A DNA stretch of 63,825 bases, filler included, from an uncultured Methanosarcinales archaeon (GCA_964510025.1; 4 parts of 4 records of this genome joined end to end with filler, not necessarily neighbours in it); one strand, 5' to 3'. Counted from the whole stretch's first letter, positions 1 to 10,232 are shown. Made by a program: numbers and translations. Notes: generated by a model not told the origin, from the letters alone.

Positions 1-90
1 CTGGAATTCCCTGAGCTCTTCAGGGCTCATATTCTTTATCTTTTCTTTAAGCTCTGCTATCTGCTCAGGGCTCATCTGCTGTTCAGCCAT
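1..90 (-). CDS. 5' fragment of a gene (MAEQQMSPEQIAELKEKIKNMSPEELREFQ...), possibly HIT-family; runs off the window edge
   Basis: Read manually: ATG at 90, open to base 1, TATA-like element ~20-30 nt upstream. The family guess rests on recalled similarity to N-termini of DPANN HIT proteins. Confidence 0.5.
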   Translation of the reverse strand, partial: MAEQQMSPEQIAELKEKIKNMSPEELREFQ

Positions 91-125
91 AATAAACTAA
101 GAACAACTTTATTATATAAACCTTT

Positions 126-3100
126 TTATCCGATGTTCAAGGTAAGCTCAGAATTTGAAAAAAGCCAATATCCTGTGAAACTGTCAGCATAGTCAGAATC
201 TCCCGGCACAAACCGGTAGTATCCATCATAGTAGTAAGCTACAGGCTGCAGCCACGCTGTAGCATCCATTATCTGCATTGTCTGGCTGCCGTTGTGTACT
301 GTGGCTCTGCTCCATTCATATGATTCAAGAGAAACATCCACTTCCGGCAGCCCCAATGTCAGGCTGTCCTCAAAAGAATAAAGCCAGTAGCCTTTGCCTT
401 CCCGAAGATATTCGTCGTCATCAGGCACAAATTTATATGTCTGGCTATTGCTATCAAAATAATACAGGATTGGCTGTATCATACCTGATGCTTCCCCGAA
501 CAGCATAGAATGTGAACTGTTAGAGATGATGATATTGCTCCAGTAGAAGGGAAATCTGCCTGAGTAGCCTATGAGATTCCAGCCATGGCTTAGGGATAAG
601 TTCACCTGCCCTGGCGAATGGCCTGCGATCGGAGAGAAAAGATTCCAGTTCTTGTGGAGCGTGATGTTCAGTTCCTGGCATCCTTCATCTGTATGCCCAT
701 CACAATCATTGTCTATGCCGTCACATAGTTCTTCAGCTCCGGGATTGATATGCTCATCGCTGTCATTGCAGTCAGATGCAGCATAATCACACATTTCCCC
801 TTCGTTCCCATACCCATCATAATCTTCATCTACGCAGCTATTTGACCATCCGATATAAGGGGTATAATAAGGGTCTGCTGCAGCTGGATGCCTTGATAGA
901 TAGCCGGCTTCATCTCCTTCTGGACACCTGTATGTGATTCCCTGGCAGTCGACATCATTGCACCCGCCCAAACCTGCAGCCAGCAGCATCATCTTAGCTG
1001 TTTTTGCAACATCGATGCCGCCGTCTTCCACTGCATACAGCCTAGCATCTCCGTTTTTTGGCATTACCCACATGCTGAAATTTACCGGACCATGATATCC
1101 TGTATCTGACTTGATGGTATAGCTTTTATCAGTAACTATCTCCTCCATATTCTCCGGAACATTAGCTGAGCCGTAATCGAGGAGATCTGAACTGCTTCTA
1201 AGGGAAAAAAGTATAGGCATGTCTGTATCATAATCCCTCTCTATTCTCTTTATCACCATGCCGTCTTGGGAGGATATATATCCGGCTAATGACACGGGCT
1301 CGCTGCACCCGGCTTCTCCACCTCCGTGGCAGTTTCCCGCTACTGGTGTTCCCTGGCTCATCCTCAGTGCAAAATTAACATCTGCTTCATAATCACAGTA
1401 TACTGTATTTTCAAAATATTTATCCGGTATGCCTAGATAGCATTGCAGCGCCCTGTAGCCGTCCTCATACCAATAAGTGAATCTTGTCCATGTATTCTCA
1501 TGAACGTATACTATCCTGTTCAGGTGCCTGTAGTTGTGCACAGTCCCGTTGATGTGGGTCAATCTGCAGTTCTTTATCAGCCAGTTGTTGGTCTTATCGA
1601 TGTTATCTGTCGCTTTTAGTGTATAGCTGAGGCCTAGCTCGCCAAAATCCAGGCTGCTGTTCAGTGCAGTGGTTATTTCAAAGAGCTCTCCAGCAGAATC
1701 CTCAATCCTGCAGCTTAGGGCGCTTCCTGCTTCAGCTTTAAGATAGTCAAAGATTATGTAAAATGTATTGATATGCGTGCCTGCTAGCTCATCGCCGCTG
1801 TCACAATTTATGTCCTCCTCGCTGCTGCAGCCGCCTCCGCCTCCAGGGCAGCATAATGGCTCATATATCCCATCTGGAAACCTGATGATCCCGTAGTCAT
1901 CATCCAGGCATATCCCATCCCGGCATTTGTAGGAACAGTCTTCCATGACTACAGGATAGTCTGTAAGATTGCAGTAAGCGCCCATAGTGCCTGGATAGAT
2001 GCATTCATAGCTCCGATTGTCCCTGTACACCTTGTCTCCCGAGCAGTATCTCTCATCCACCAAGCCTGAAACACCGCAGTCTATGTCAGCATAGCAGGCT
2101 GGAACAGGCCTTACATGCACCCTTTCGTTCGCCTGGTTGTCTGAATAGTCCGTCTCCATGATATCAAAGCTGTCAGCCAGGACATAGATATATCTTGTTG
2201 TCCTGTTTGCATTCCAGACAAAGCTTATGTTGTTTAAGCCAGGGCTTAAATGACTGGACTGCCCATAGATGACCTTACCTTTGCCTGGTGAATCATCATA
2301 GAACTTGATGGCTGTATCTTCAGTCTCAGCGTTCGTAAAGACAAGAGCGGAAACCTGGACTCTGTCTTTCTCCGAGGGTGTTGCATTCAGTATAAGTGCA
2401 TCCACAGAGATATTGAAAGGCTCAAACACTTCAGTCTCCAAATTAGCCTGCCTTATGAAGGAAATGCTCTCCAGACTACCGTTCGCCTTAGCGGTGATCT
2501 CGTAGATGCCCTTTAGTGAGGTATCAGCAAAGGAATTTGCATATAATCCATCTTCAGCAGCGCCATCATCATGCATCCCGTCATCATATAGGCTTAACCT
2601 GGCTGTCTCTTCATTTGGCTTCCTTATGCTGGCCTCAACAGCAGATGCAATAGGCAGAAGGTGATTGGTCACGTTTGCGCTTATTATGATGTTCTCATTC
2701 CTGTGATAGTTATGCTTATCTGTGAAAAGATTTAGCCTTAGGCTGCTATCTATCATAGCTATTGCTGTGTAGTCTGTAGATCCGTTATTATGGACAACCA
2801 TGGCCTGCCAGACACCATCCACAGGATTTTGCACGATAAAACCTTCAAAGGTCTCATTTGCAGAGTGATTTGCAGGATTATATTCTATGCCTTCACGAGA
2901 GCTGTTCAGCAAGGTCCCGTTTGGCATTACAAGGTTCAATTTAAGTCTGGCTGCTGGATCATACCAGCTTAGAAGAAAAATAGAGGCATTGCTATGGCCT
3001 ATGAGGATATCATGCAGGTTGTAGCCACCTGAAATGCTGGCGCCGATATAGGCTGCTTCCTGTATCTGGTTATCTTGGTTTTGCTGGTCTGGCATCAGCA

Positions 3101-4514
3101 CTGCTTGGGCATCTCCTTCCAAAATACCTAAGATATCATAAAAAACATCTGCAGAATGTACAAGTGTACCGTGGTTCACCGGATACATCTTGTTCTGCAG
3201 GTTGTCCAGCTCGACGCTTTTCAGCCGTACAAGACAGTCATCTTCACCATATAGGAAAAAGCTTGTCAGCCAGCAGTCGTCTGTACCCCCAAACGTGTGA
3301 TGACTGACCTCCCCATTGATGATATCGTCAGACCTCAGCCTTTTCTCAGCAGGCACACCATAGTTAAGGGTGTTCAGGAAGACGCTGTTTGGCGTCATCT
3401 GCTTTCCGGCAGCCCCCACCCCTATGCCGACTATCTCATCTATAGCCCTTATTATCTTCAGTTTGAAAAGAATTTTGCTCAGTATAGAAAGATCATACTT
3501 CACATAAAAGAGCTCTGAACCATGATTCGGTGTCCCAAGCATTATAAGGTTCCTTACATCTCCCTTATACCCAAATCGCGTATACCATCTTGACACAAGT
3601 CCTCCCATGCTGTGCCCTATTATGTCCACCTTAGAGGCACCTGTGCTCTCCAAAATCTCCTTTATCTTAATGTCTACTTTTTTTGAATACTTCCTTATAT
3701 CGTCATTGGTGGGAAATACAGTCTCCAGGTCTATGATATGAACATCATATCCAAAGCTCTCAAGCCATGATCCCATGCTGCTCCAGGTTACGTTTGGGTC
3801 CATTATCCAGTAGCCATGCACCAGCAGGATTGGGCACTTCTGTTCTGCTGCATCATAATCGTTGCAGTCATCCCCTCCGCACCTGATATCCTGATGCCCA
3901 TCTTCATCAAAGTCCAGGCATCCGCAGATGCTGTTTGCATTGCAGTAGTCTGCCAGGCAGTCATGCCTGCTTAAGCAGCTTTTGCCGTGAGCGCATTTTT
4001 CACAGCTGCCTCCGCAGTCAACATCTGTCTCATCGCCGTCATGCATCCCGTTGTCGCAGCTTCCGAAGCAGCCGAGATTGCAGGCAGTCTCACTATCATA
4101 GTAAGCGTCATTTTCCCAGCAATAATAGCTGCCAGCAGGCACAATATCATCTGCCCCTAGACAGTCATTTTCATTAAAAAGGCAGCTGGAGCTGCAGGCA
4201 GCTAACGCACCAGAACAAATATCCTCGCATAGTTCAGATGGCGCGTCATGAGAGGTGCCCCCATACACCCCATCGCATACCCCTCTCAGCACATATCCAT
4301 GACTATCGCCATGGCAGCAGCACACATGATCACATTGGGCCACATCACTGCATGACCTGTTATAATAATCGCCCATGTACCAGTCGCAATCAAGCTCATC
4401 ATATCCCTCAGTGCACATGGCCCATGCTGCTATGAAGCAGCACTGCTCTGCAGCTGCAATAGATGAAAGCGTACCTAATAGAATAAAGAATACAGCACTG
4501 AATCTGAGTCCCAT
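126..4514 (-). CDS. Large secreted multidomain protein: Cys-rich N-terminus, alpha/beta-hydrolase (lipase/esterase) domain, choice-of-anchor-X/CARDB-like beta domains, Cys/Asp metal-binding motif, C-terminal GWNL/GYW module
   Basis: Signal peptide; PILLVHG, GHSMGG nucleophile elbow and GTPNHGS; LYDDGMHDDGAAEDGLY motif; DCNDSDEHINPGAEELCDGIDNDCDG motif. Confidence 0.8.
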   Translation of the reverse strand: MGLRFSAVFFILLGTLSSIAAAEQCCFIAAWAMCTEGYDELDCDWYMGDYYNRSCSDVAQCDHVCCCHGDSHGYVLRGVCDGVYGGTSHDAPSELCEDICSGALAACSSSCLFNENDCLGADDIVPAGSYYCWENDAYYDSETACNLGCFGSCDNGMHDGDETDVDCGGSCEKCAHGKSCLSRHDCLADYCNANSICGCLDFDEDGHQDIRCGGDDCNDYDAAEQKCPILLVHGYWIMDPNVTWSSMGSWLESFGYDVHIIDLETVFPTNDDIRKYSKKVDIKIKEILESTGASKVDIIGHSMGGLVSRWYTRFGYKGDVRNLIMLGTPNHGSELFYVKYDLSILSKILFKLKIIRAIDEIVGIGVGAAGKQMTPNSVFLNTLNYGVPAEKRLRSDDIINGEVSHHTFGGTDDCWLTSFFLYGEDDCLVRLKSVELDNLQNKMYPVNHGTLVHSADVFYDILGILEGDAQAVLMPDQQNQDNQIQEAAYIGASISGGYNLHDILIGHSNASIFLLSWYDPAARLKLNLVMPNGTLLNSSREGIEYNPANHSANETFEGFIVQNPVDGVWQAMVVHNNGSTDYTAIAMIDSSLRLNLFTDKHNYHRNENIIISANVTNHLLPIASAVEASIRKPNEETARLSLYDDGMHDDGAAEDGLYANSFADTSLKGIYEITAKANGSLESISFIRQANLETEVFEPFNISVDALILNATPSEKDRVQVSALVFTNAETEDTAIKFYDDSPGKGKVIYGQSSHLSPGLNNISFVWNANRTTRYIYVLADSFDIMETDYSDNQANERVHVRPVPACYADIDCGVSGLVDERYCSGDKVYRDNRSYECIYPGTMGAYCNLTDYPVVMEDCSYKCRDGICLDDDYGIIRFPDGIYEPLCCPGGGGGCSSEEDINCDSGDELAGTHINTFYIIFDYLKAEAGSALSCRIEDSAGELFEITTALNSSLDFGELGLSYTLKATDNIDKTNNWLIKNCRLTHINGTVHNYRHLNRIVYVHENTWTRFTYWYEDGYRALQCYLGIPDKYFENTVYCDYEADVNFALRMSQGTPVAGNCHGGGEAGCSEPVSLAGYISSQDGMVIKRIERDYDTDMPILFSLRSSSDLLDYGSANVPENMEEIVTDKSYTIKSDTGYHGPVNFSMWVMPKNGDARLYAVEDGGIDVAKTAKMMLLAAGLGGCNDVDCQGITYRCPEGDEAGYLSRHPAAADPYYTPYIGWSNSCVDEDYDGYGNEGEMCDYAASDCNDSDEHINPGAEELCDGIDNDCDGHTDEGCQELNITLHKNWNLFSPIAGHSPGQVNLSLSHGWNLIGYSGRFPFYWSNIIISNSSHSMLFGEASGMIQPILYYFDSNSQTYKFVPDDDEYLREGKGYWLYSFEDSLTLGLPEVDVSLESYEWSRATVHNGSQTMQIMDATAWLQPVAYYYDGYYRFVPGDSDYADSFTGYWLFSNSELTLNIG

Positions 4515-4562
4515 CCCAGCTGCAGTAACATCCCGTTATTTAAAAATATTTTCAATATAGAA

Positions 4563-7463
4563 TTAAAAAACCTGCCTGAAGACCAGTTCCTTTATATCCT
4601 GGGGCCAGCTCTTCTCGATCTCTTTTTTATACTTATGGACTGAATCGATAAATTTTTGGGAAAGCTCTTTCTTCCCGTCTATCATCTCTACGATTTCCTG
4701 TCTCGCAAATGCTGGAGTCTTCTTGAGGTTCCATGCCCTGCGCTTTAGTCTTTCTTTTTTCTCGTCCTTCTGGATTGCCAGCTTCTTTTCCATCTTCTTC
4801 CACTCTTTATGATAGTTGAATTCCTCGATATCTTCTTTTTTGATGCCTTTTTTCTTGCTTAGCTTTGCAATAACGTTCTTATGCATTCTTCGGAGGAATT
4901 CCTGCTTGTCCTCTATCTTCATGATATCTGTATGGCCAAGTGTTATCAGGTTCATGGCGAATGGGCTTGGAACAGTTGTAGAGATCTCAGTGATCTTTAT
5001 CTTCTTGGACTCTATGCCTTGCAGCACAAGCTTGGCATTGTCTATATCCATAAGGTCCTCCAAAACCTCTCTTCTTGCTTCCTTCAGTATGGGAAAATCA
5101 TTGGATATTCTTTTGACAGCGCTCATAAGTATCATCGATTTGACCTGCTGCCTGCCGACCCTTTTTGTTCTTCCCTTGTAGTTCCTCAGTATCATCAGCG
5201 CCCTGTTTGCGCAGTGCCTGAACCTCCTGTTCAATATCTCTGTCCTTTCTATGGCCTGGTCCATCACCTTTCTCAGCTCCTTGCTCTTTATCAGCTTAAA
5301 TGCCTTAGGTGCATTTATCTTTTTTTCTGATGCGACATAGAAGCCGTTGTCGCTAATGCCTATCTCGACGTTCTTGTGCTGGGTCCTGCCTACTGCAAAC
5401 GCCAAGGCCCTGCTTAGGCAGTCATTGACCCTTCTTCCGTATAGCGAATGGAATACGATATAATGTTTCTGGCCGTCAAAATAGTCCTCGATGACTATCC
5501 GGGTGTGGGATGGTATCTCTGCATAATTGAACTGTTCCCAGAAATATCTGTAGATAGAGGATGCGCTGTTCTTGTCGATGTACAGATAGTCGTTTATGAA
5601 TTTCAGTATCTCTGTCTTTTTCTTGTTGTAGCAGAATTTCTCTCCCAGCAGCTTCCTGAATCTCCCGATATCGATAGCTAGATCAAAGCTCAGCGGCAGC
5701 ATCTCTGAAAACCAGGATGGGACAGTGGGGGGCCTGTTTGCAGACGCCTTTACCTGCGCAACTGTTCCTCTTGCAAACTTGAACTGGTACACCTGGCCGC
5801 CCAGAACAAAGATATCCCCCGGTCTAAGCCTCTCCAAGAAAGCTTCCTCTATTCTGCCGACCGTCTGGTCTCCTATCTTGACCATTATCTGGTGCTCTTC
5901 AGGAATCGTCCCTATATTGGTCATGTATATGACCCTCCCGAGCCTGCCCTTCCTCCCTATCATCCCTGTCTCTTCATCATGCCATATCTTAGCATATACA
6001 TATCTATCTTCCAGGTCGATAAACTTTCCAGCCAGATAATCGATAACATCATTGAAATCTTTCCTCGTAAGGTTTCGATAGCAATAGCTCTGCTTTATGA
6101 GGCTGAACAGATCATTGATATGTATCTTATCGCTTATCGCTATCCCGTCTATCTGCTGGGCCAGCACGTCCAGGGCATTCTCTGGGATATGGATCTTGTC
6201 TATCTTCTTTTCGACAGCTGACTTCAAGAGGACAGCGCACTCTACCAGGTCATCCCTGTTGAGTACGATTATCCTTCCCTTTGTTGTGCTGTGGAGCTTA
6301 TGGCCGGACCTTCCGCATCTTTGAAGGGCTCTTGCGACAGACTTAGGGCTGCTGAGCATTATTACAAGGTCAATATAGCCTATATCGATGCCCAGCTCGA
6401 GGCTTGTAGAGCAGACAACACACTTAAGCTTGCCCTCCCTCAGGGCATTTTCTATCTGCAGCCTGTGCTCTTTGGAAAGGCTCCCATGATGCGCGCCGAT
6501 AAGGCTTTGCTTGGATGTATTATCCTCATCCTTTATCTCCTGCACGTAATTCTTTGGGAACTTCTCCTTGAGGTGGTGCACTACCCTTTCTGTCGCAGAC
6601 CGGGTATTTGTAAAGACAAGAGTGGTCTTGTGTTCCTGTATCAGCTTATCCATGAGCTCATACATTGAATGATGCATCTTTCCGTGCTCAATATCTATAA
6701 GGTCTGGCACAGGACTAAGCACCTTGAGGTCCATATCCTTTATGAACTGGACGTCGACGATCTTGCACTCCCTCGATTTGCCTTCTTGATATCCTGCCAG
6801 AAACTCAGCGACCTTCTCTAAGGGCGCAATGGTGGCTGACAATCCGATCCTGGCCATGCCCGGGCTTTGCCGCTGAAGCATCTCCATCGTAAGGCTTAAG
6901 TGCACGCCCCTCTTGTTCTCGGCTAAGGCATGCACCTCATCACATATGAACCACTCTACATTCTTGAGATGGTCGACAAATTTGATTGACAGTAGCAGGA
7001 TAGCCAGGCTCTCTGGCGTTGTTATGAGTATATGCGGCGGATTCTTCAGCATCTTTGTCCTTTCCTTGGTTGATGTGTCCCCTGTCCTGACACCTACCCT
7101 TATGCCAAGTTTCCTCCCGGCAATCTTCTCGATCTCTTTCAGGGGCTCCTGAAGATTTCTGGATATGTCATTGTTCAGAGCCTTAAGCGGGCTCACATAG
7201 ATACAATATACTCGGTCCTCCAAGATGCCCTTTTCAGCTGAATCAACTAGTTCATTTAAGATGCTTAAAAATCCAGTCAGTGTCTTGGTAGCTCCTGTAG
7301 GGGCGCTTACAAGTATATTGTTCCTTGAGTGAATCTCCATAACTCCGTAAAGCTGAGGCAGTGAAAACTCCTTAAACCTGCTGAAAAACCACTTTTTTAC
7401 AGTAGAATTCAGTATATTCTCCACTTCTTTTGGCTTATAAGGCTTTTTCATGAATTTTACCAT
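4563..7463 (-). CDS. lhr: ATP-dependent helicase, Lhr family
   Basis: SPLKALNND, VRTGDT, HILITTPESL, DEVH, GLSAT, HHGSLS, SLELGIDIG, QRCGRSGH; Walker A reads APTGATKT. Confidence 0.93.
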   Translation of the reverse strand: MVKFMKKPYKPKEVENILNSTVKKWFFSRFKEFSLPQLYGVMEIHSRNNILVSAPTGATKTLTGFLSILNELVDSAEKGILEDRVYCIYVSPLKALNNDISRNLQEPLKEIEKIAGRKLGIRVGVRTGDTSTKERTKMLKNPPHILITTPESLAILLLSIKFVDHLKNVEWFICDEVHALAENKRGVHLSLTMEMLQRQSPGMARIGLSATIAPLEKVAEFLAGYQEGKSRECKIVDVQFIKDMDLKVLSPVPDLIDIEHGKMHHSMYELMDKLIQEHKTTLVFTNTRSATERVVHHLKEKFPKNYVQEIKDEDNTSKQSLIGAHHGSLSKEHRLQIENALREGKLKCVVCSTSLELGIDIGYIDLVIMLSSPKSVARALQRCGRSGHKLHSTTKGRIIVLNRDDLVECAVLLKSAVEKKIDKIHIPENALDVLAQQIDGIAISDKIHINDLFSLIKQSYCYRNLTRKDFNDVIDYLAGKFIDLEDRYVYAKIWHDEETGMIGRKGRLGRVIYMTNIGTIPEEHQIMVKIGDQTVGRIEEAFLERLRPGDIFVLGGQVYQFKFARGTVAQVKASANRPPTVPSWFSEMLPLSFDLAIDIGRFRKLLGEKFCYNKKKTEILKFINDYLYIDKNSASSIYRYFWEQFNYAEIPSHTRIVIEDYFDGQKHYIVFHSLYGRRVNDCLSRALAFAVGRTQHKNVEIGISDNGFYVASEKKINAPKAFKLIKSKELRKVMDQAIERTEILNRRFRHCANRALMILRNYKGRTKRVGRQQVKSMILMSAVKRISNDFPILKEARREVLEDLMDIDNAKLVLQGIESKKIKITEISTTVPSPFAMNLITLGHTDIMKIEDKQEFLRRMHKNVIAKLSKKKGIKKEDIEEFNYHKEWKKMEKKLAIQKDEKKERLKRRAWNLKKTPAFARQEIVEMIDGKKELSQKFIDSVHKYKKEIEKSWPQDIKELVFRQVF

Positions 7464-7484
7464 GCTAGAAGTGAACAGAATTCG

Positions 7485-7560
7485 CTTTATAAAGCTTTAT
7501 TTTAATTGAAAATCCCTTATTACTATTATAAAGTAGATAAAAAATGATAAGATTTAAATA
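7485..7560. promoter_or_regulatory. Divergent archaeal promoters (TATA boxes) for lhr and the 7584 ORF
   Basis: CTTTATAAAG at 7485-7494 lies ~22-30 nt upstream of the lhr ATG; TTTAAATA at 7553-7560 lies ~24 nt upstream of ATG 7584. Confidence 0.55.
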
Positions 7561-7583
7561 ATGGTATAAAATCCATCATCCGT

Positions 7584-8039
7584 ATGAACCCGCCTGTCTA
7601 TAAAGCAACTGTCTATGCTGTTTTTCTGTTCACAGCAGCTGGCTGCTCATCTCCACAAGCCAGGATGCCCTATCTTACCAGAGGAAGGGATTCTGCAGGC
7701 CAATATTCAACACTAAATGTCCATTTTCCCCAAACAGGCAGGTTTGACAGCATAGTGATTGACGATTTCATGACAGATGAATCCTTTGACATTACAAAAG
7801 CAGTAGATCCCCAAAGCAGAAATATCTGCGACCTACAGCCTGTTTCTGTAAGAAATCAGAATGGAGAATTAGTTATCACATATGAATTTGATCATAGGCT
7901 TAAGCCTGATCACTGGTATGGAATTTATGGCGAAAGTAAGCATAGTCCGAAAATAATTGTCGGTATCGAAAGACCAAGCGGATTCTTCAGACAGTTCTTT
8001 ATGCATAGGAATCAGCACAGGCCAGAAAGAGGACGCTAA
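7584..8039 (+). CDS. Hypothetical lipoprotein-like protein
   Basis: Hydrophobic N-terminus ending in AAGC; upstream TATA box; fills the gap between flanking genes. Confidence 0.6.
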   Translation: MNPPVYKATVYAVFLFTAAGCSSPQARMPYLTRGRDSAGQYSTLNVHFPQTGRFDSIVIDDFMTDESFDITKAVDPQSRNICDLQPVSVRNQNGELVITYEFDHRLKPDHWYGIYGESKHSPKIIVGIERPSGFFRQFFMHRNQHRPERGR

Positions 8040-8042
8040 ATT

Positions 8043-9161
8043 TTAGGAACTGCATGATTGACCGACATTATCCAGTACAAAATAGACATCAGTAAAATCC
8101 ACCTTATTGTCTTCATTGACATCGGTTTGCTCGCATGGCAGCTTATCTACAGATTCGCACATGAGATTTATTTTTTCCAGTGTAATGTTGATTGGAGTAT
8201 CCACTGCACCGGCCGGGATTTCAGTTCTAGCGCTATGATCAGGTAATTCTACTATGTTATTTCTATCAGGATATACTATCTGGACCAACTTATCTAGAAC
8301 AATTACGTTGCACATATACTCGATATCGCTGTCCTGATAGCTTTGCCATGTCAAATTTCTTGAACCTTCATAAGGCACAGTGCCATCCGGAGATAATGCA
8401 ATGGTTACATCTTGCAGAAATTGCAAATCAGAAGGATTAATTCTATATCCTATACCATCTAGAACATAATTGTTGAAATCACGCAATATATAAGTGCATC
8501 CGTAATTAGTGACAGTTGCTATTGGCAGACCAAACAACGGTCCTTCCCTAATATCCGTTATTTCCTGATCCTTTGGTTTTGGTTTGCACCTGCCATTCGT
8601 CCTTCGGCCCCACCGTGGATAATCATAGCACCTTTCATGCGATTGGCATGCAGTGTAAAGATCTTCATTAACTTTCCATTCATTGTCAGTACATACTTCT
8701 TGGTAATATCCATTATTAGACCGATCACATTTTCCATCTCTCCTATCTTTATCCTGACCGCTAGGATCGATACATCCTCCCCAACACAAGACTTTTTCTT
8801 CCTGCCACTCCTCCCACCAGCCGTCTCTGCTTACACCTACACAGATCTCATTTTCAGCGCACTCGCTTAATTCAGCCTTGCTGCTCCAGTCACACTCATT
8901 ATTGCTTTCATCTTCCCATTCACAAATCTTATAATACCTCTTTTGGTCATCTACTGAACTGCAGCGATATAAGGTTGCACCGATAGGAAATTCCTTTTCA
9001 CGCGCCACAGAGTCATATCTATTATCCTTTACCTCTTCTTTGCACTTGCAGGTGCCATAACCCAAAAGCACAGCTTCTCCTGTCTTCTCGATAAAAACCT
9101 CTTCGCAGCCGCTAAGAATGAATATCACCAGAACCGCTATAGCAAAGGCCAGTTTTTTCAT
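8043..9161 (-). CDS. Secreted Cys-rich lipoprotein with a C-terminal dockerin/EF-hand-like repeat
   Basis: MKKLAFAIAVLVIFILSGC lipobox-like start (start moved from 9185); many Cys; C-terminal DVNEDNKVDFTDV. Confidence 0.65.
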   Translation of the reverse strand: MKKLAFAIAVLVIFILSGCEEVFIEKTGEAVLLGYGTCKCKEEVKDNRYDSVAREKEFPIGATLYRCSSVDDQKRYYKICEWEDESNNECDWSSKAELSECAENEICVGVSRDGWWEEWQEEKVLCWGGCIDPSGQDKDRRDGKCDRSNNGYYQEVCTDNEWKVNEDLYTACQSHERCYDYPRWGRRTNGRCKPKPKDQEITDIREGPLFGLPIATVTNYGCTYILRDFNNYVLDGIGYRINPSDLQFLQDVTIALSPDGTVPYEGSRNLTWQSYQDSDIEYMCNVIVLDKLVQIVYPDRNNIVELPDHSARTEIPAGAVDTPINITLEKINLMCESVDKLPCEQTDVNEDNKVDFTDVYFVLDNVGQSCSS

Positions 9162-9171
9162 TATTTGCTGG

Positions 9172-9507
9172 TTATTGGGTTTCATATTTATAAATATTTC
9201 TATACTTCAGCAGAGCCGGTTTGCAGCTTTCAATCCTGTCTGACTTCACAAAAGGGTATTTTCTGCATACCTTAGGCCTTATCCTGTATATCTTGCAGTA
9301 GTACCTGTCCCCTTTTTTGCCCAGGAATATGCATCCCTTGTCCGTCAGTCTCAGAACATTGCTTCTGATATGGTCATCATACTCAAAGAATTCATCATAT
9401 CCTTCTTTTTTTATCTTTTCAATCTCCTTTTTGGTGACCTTCACTGTAAGGTATCTGCAGCAGTCTGCGCACTTTCTATCGCACTTGAAGTTGGCTGGCG
9501 TTATCAT
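9172..9507 (-). CDS. YkgJ-family cysteine-cluster protein
   Basis: FKCDRKCADCC, GCIFL, CKIYRIRPKVCRKYPF. Confidence 0.85.
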   Translation of the reverse strand: MITPANFKCDRKCADCCRYLTVKVTKKEIEKIKKEGYDEFFEYDDHIRSNVLRLTDKGCIFLGKKGDRYYCKIYRIRPKVCRKYPFVKSDRIESCKPALLKYRNIYKYETQ

Positions 9508-9538
9508 AGTGTAACTTAGATTCCATAATATAAAAAGA

Positions 9539-10207
9539 TTACTGGGCCCTAACTCCCCTCATCCTTATTTTGGGGTCATGCCAGTTAAGGTCCATTCCTG
9601 CAAGGTTTGCCTGATACCTGAATTCCCTTGAGCTGGTGACACATATGCATGCCAGTAATGAGCCTTTTGGCTTGTCCATAAGATATTGCCTTACTGGTCC
9701 GGGATGAAACATGTCTATCTCTGTATATCCTTCTTCAAGAAAAGGACTGAAGATTGTATCCCTGCCGTATATCTCTTGGCCATGGACAGCTTCGGTGAAT
9801 CTGGCAATATCTTCCCCATAGCATTCTAAAAAACGCTCCCTGCCCTGGCTCAAACCGCGGAGAGGAACATCAAATCTTAGAACCTTCCCTTTTTTTCTTG
9901 ATATAAAATTAGGTCTGCCCTTTAATTCCGATAGATTGAACCCTACAAGATTACCCAAATCCTGTTCTACAAGATGACTTACAGCTCCTGAGAGAAAGGG
10001 GTTCTGTGAAGAATCAGCAAGATATAGCATGACCTGGTCATCTACAAGGCCGTATAAGGCGCAATCCCCTCCAAAAAACTTGTAGTCTCTTAGCCGTGCA
10101 TCATTTTTCCTGTCACACTGTACTTCTCTGAGAAGCTGTATAGAATCCGGCCTAAGCTCTGCAGCCATCTCCAGATATCTTCCTGGCCCTACTGTTGCTA
10201 TAGCCAT
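9539..10207 (-). CDS. Hypothetical protein
   Basis: 222-aa ORF filling the space between co-oriented genes; no motif recognised. Confidence 0.65.
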   Translation of the reverse strand: MAIATVGPGRYLEMAAELRPDSIQLLREVQCDRKNDARLRDYKFFGGDCALYGLVDDQVMLYLADSSQNPFLSGAVSHLVEQDLGNLVGFNLSELKGRPNFISRKKGKVLRFDVPLRGLSQGRERFLECYGEDIARFTEAVHGQEIYGRDTIFSPFLEEGYTEIDMFHPGPVRQYLMDKPKGSLLACICVTSSREFRYQANLAGMDLNWHDPKIRMRGVRAQ

Positions 10208-10232
10208 AGCACCAGAGAATCCGGCTTCTTTT

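Noticed and set aside
9172..9507. Two YkgJ-family genes (also 58019..58330) as a dedicated system
   Set aside because: Common small family, on different contigs, with no shared context
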